Source of the DNA: Protoeuglena noctilucae
Taxonomy: Eukaryota
Direction: 5' to 3'
NCBI GenBank assembly: GCA_958009085.1
Contig: OY253688.1
Location: 434,001-498,000, forward strand
Length of the DNA stretch: 64,000 nucleotides
Below the pieces are notes generated by a model. It searched no databases, was not told where the DNA came from, and was given only the letters and a program-made list of their open reading frames with translations. Below, one piece after another: positions 61,866 through 64,000 of this stretch (within the stretch, counting starts at the first letter, position 1; each line of letters starts with the position of its first letter). Position numbers and translations under genes: made by a program.

Positions 61866-63373
61866 GGGGTGGGGGTGGGGGTGGGGGTGAGCGTATGCGA
61901 ATGACGAGCGCGCCCAGTTGCGTGCCACCACATAGACGCCCAGCACGACTGAACATACATCAATCAGTCACTTGCCTGCACGACGGCGTGGTGTGCTCCG
62001 GGGTGGTTCCAGTGCGTGGCCTCCTCCAGGCACCGCGCGGCCATCGGGAGCATCTTGTTGGACGTGAATATCTGCTGCAGGTCGGCGACGCGGATGAAGC
62101 GGGGCTCGGAGGGGTCGCGGCGGGTCCCCGTGCGGGACAGGGACTCGGTGCCCGCCTGCAGAGATGGACGGGGATGGGCGGGGATGAGCGGAGACACCAG
62201 GTGCAGTGGGGGACATTCAGTTTGAGACGTATTGACAGCGAGGAGGTGGATGCAATCGGAGGAAATGGGCGTGAGCGATAAGAGGGTGCTCACGACACAT
62301 GGCAAGCGCACCGCACTCCTACGAGACACCGAATGAGCGACGATGGCGCGCTCATGACACCCAGCCCAAGTCACACCTGGGACGGTGCGAGGGGGTCGCT
62401 GCCCCCGCGCACGACCTCCGCCTTTTCGTCGATCGCGGACTCGACGGACAGAGCCACCCCGAGGCGGTCCTCCCGGCCGTCCAGGCCCACGGGATTGCGC
62501 GTGAGGAGCAACGCGTGAACGACGTCCACCGACAGCGCCACGGGCACGTACGGGCGAGGGCACCCGAGGCTCCAGCTGAGGCGGCCCATGCAGCGGACGA
62601 GCGCGTCCATCTGCGCTTTCGCTCCGGCGGTCAGGCGCCGCACGGGAGCCAGCGTCCCCGGTTGCATGCGCGGCGCCCGGGGCTGCGCGGGGGTGTGCCG
62701 CATCGCCTGCACGTGCGCGAGCAGCCAGCGCAGGACGACGTGGCCGGGCGTGCCGCTACCGAAGGGGTCGGCGGGGGCGTCGGGCGCAGCGGACTCCGCT
62801 GCAGCCAGGGCCGTGGGCAGCAAGCCCGGCAAACCCGAAGCCGCCGGCTGCACCGCGGACGGGCGGGCCTCGTCGGAGAACACGCGCACGGGCACCGCGA
62901 CGGCCGTGTGACCGCCACGCGCGGGCGCGAAGGTCCCTTCGGTGCTGGGGCGCACCCACTGCAGCGTCGCCATGTCGAGCACGTGCATGTCCTGGAGGAG
63001 GAAGTCGCCCGCCGCGGGGCCCAGCACGGACGGCGCGAGCGCGATGGAGGTGTCCTGCCCCTTCTCCGCAGCCGCGTTCGTGGCCTCACTGCGGGAAGGC
63101 CGAGGCGATTGAAGGTAACTTGTAAAAGAGGGGCTGCGGCCGACGGTCTGCGCGCGCGCCGCCGCTTCGTCCCCACCTGAACATTTTCGGCCATATTTTG
63201 AAGACGCTTGGTTTCTGCTCGGACGTGCCAACGCCGCCGAGCAGGATGAGCTTGGCCCCTCCGCCGTACTGCAGGTCGACCGCGTCGGACAGCTCCCGCA
63301 GCAGCGTCTCAGCCACCTCCCCCGGTGCGACCGCCTTCGAGCCCTGTTCGAGCTCGTCCATCTCCGCCTCCAT
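54715..63373 (-). CDS. Large kelch-repeat plus filamin/ABP280 (Ig-like)-repeat protein; 5' end uncertain
   Basis: Kelch units (KLILLGG, LQDMHVLDMATLQW...PARGGHTA, PSPRSGHAS...VYVLGG, LFVFGG...GDLW, PPPREGSS, PPGRFAHAA) followed by about 8 filamin units (VVDNGDGTY, GSPF, D[RS]FGN motifs). TGA at 54715-54717. Confidence 0.8.
61663..61890. repeat. (GGGTGA)n / (TGAGGG)n hexamer microsatellite, ~35 units, grading into (GGGGGT)n, inside an intron of the kelch/filamin gene
   Basis: Seen directly in the sequence. Confidence 0.95.
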
Positions 63374-64000
63374 CGCGGGCCCCTGCGGGCGCAGGGGGGA
63401 GAAGGGCACGCACATGGAGCTGTCGCCCGCGGCTCCGCATCTGCCGCCGAACCAAACGCGGTGATAATGCAACCACTCGTTGATGGACAAGATTACAAAC
63501 TACAGTGCTCAGCATCAGCTTCCCTACGAGCGCCACGGGCCGGAGATGGCCAGGGAACGCACACCCCTCGCTGGCGACGCGCACCGGGGGTCAGCGAGCA
63601 TGAGCTGGGGACTCACCCTGTCTACAATTCGCTCAAAGAGCCCCGTAACACGCTAGAACCCCTCGAGGTGCTGTAACGACGAGGTGCTAGCTGCGCGATG
63701 CCGCCGCTAGGGACTTGCGCAGCTTTGCGACGCCGGGGCGGCGAGCCGGCGGTGCGACCCTCCCTACAGTCGCAATTCCTAGTAACGATCCCTTGGTGCA
63801 ATTGTCAAAGAGACCTGTCCCAGCCTGGCGCCGAACCAGCTTGCGCACATGTTCGGGAGCTGTAGGTCCGGACCGGCGCGCTGGAGGCTGTGGCCGCGGC
63901 AAGCGACCGACCCCGGCCGCACGACAGCAATTCAAGGCTATCGGGGGAGCCTGCCCCCCACCTGTCGACCTGACTTTCCGGCAGCTCGCCTGAAACAGCG

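Noticed and set aside
61285..62281. Poly-SP, poly-TL, poly-HP and poly-EG ORFs (extensin-like)
   Set aside because: Translations of the intronic hexamer microsatellite, which is flanked by splice sites of the kelch gene.
1..64000. TAA/TAG-to-Gln recoding (as in some ulvophytes), suggested by nearly all genes ending in TGA
   Set aside because: No in-frame TAR was seen in the conserved exons I translated, and two models end in TAG. TGA bias is expected at high GC.
1..64000. Transposons, tRNA/rRNA genes, introner families
   Set aside because: No transposase or RT motifs, terminal repeats or RNA-gene signatures were seen. Introns do not share sequence by eye apart from the CSP41a duplicate, although an all-versus-all intron alignment was not possible.

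Overview
This is GC-rich, gene-dense, intron-rich eukaryotic nuclear DNA, most likely from a chlorophyte green alga (plastid-targeted CSP41a plus selenocysteine elongation factor eEFSec, which land plants lack). Most of the six-frame ORFs are GC artefacts. By manual splicing I reconstruct about 15 genes: partial CRAL-TRIO-like protein, cyclin H, FAM136A-like, XPD, DNL zinc finger, SKP1, eEFSec, full-length ABCC transporter, ketopantoate reductase, a CSP41a-linker-CSP41a fusion, CNOT10-like, U32/RlhA-like protein, a membrane-anchored SAH-TPR protein, a possible VASt protein and a kelch/filamin protein. Three observations stand out. (1) A ~1,550-aa chloroplast protein has two CSP41a domains joined in frame by an ~840-aa Ser/Thr-rich linker carrying 54 'S-[F/L]-W-D'-type motifs, a candidate condensate/pyrenoid scaffold or polyprotein. 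(2) FAM136A and cyclin H are only 71 nt apart on the same strand, probably bicistronic, and head-to-head with XPD. (3) GC-AG introns are unusually frequent. All gene models are hand-derived without transcript data or database searches.
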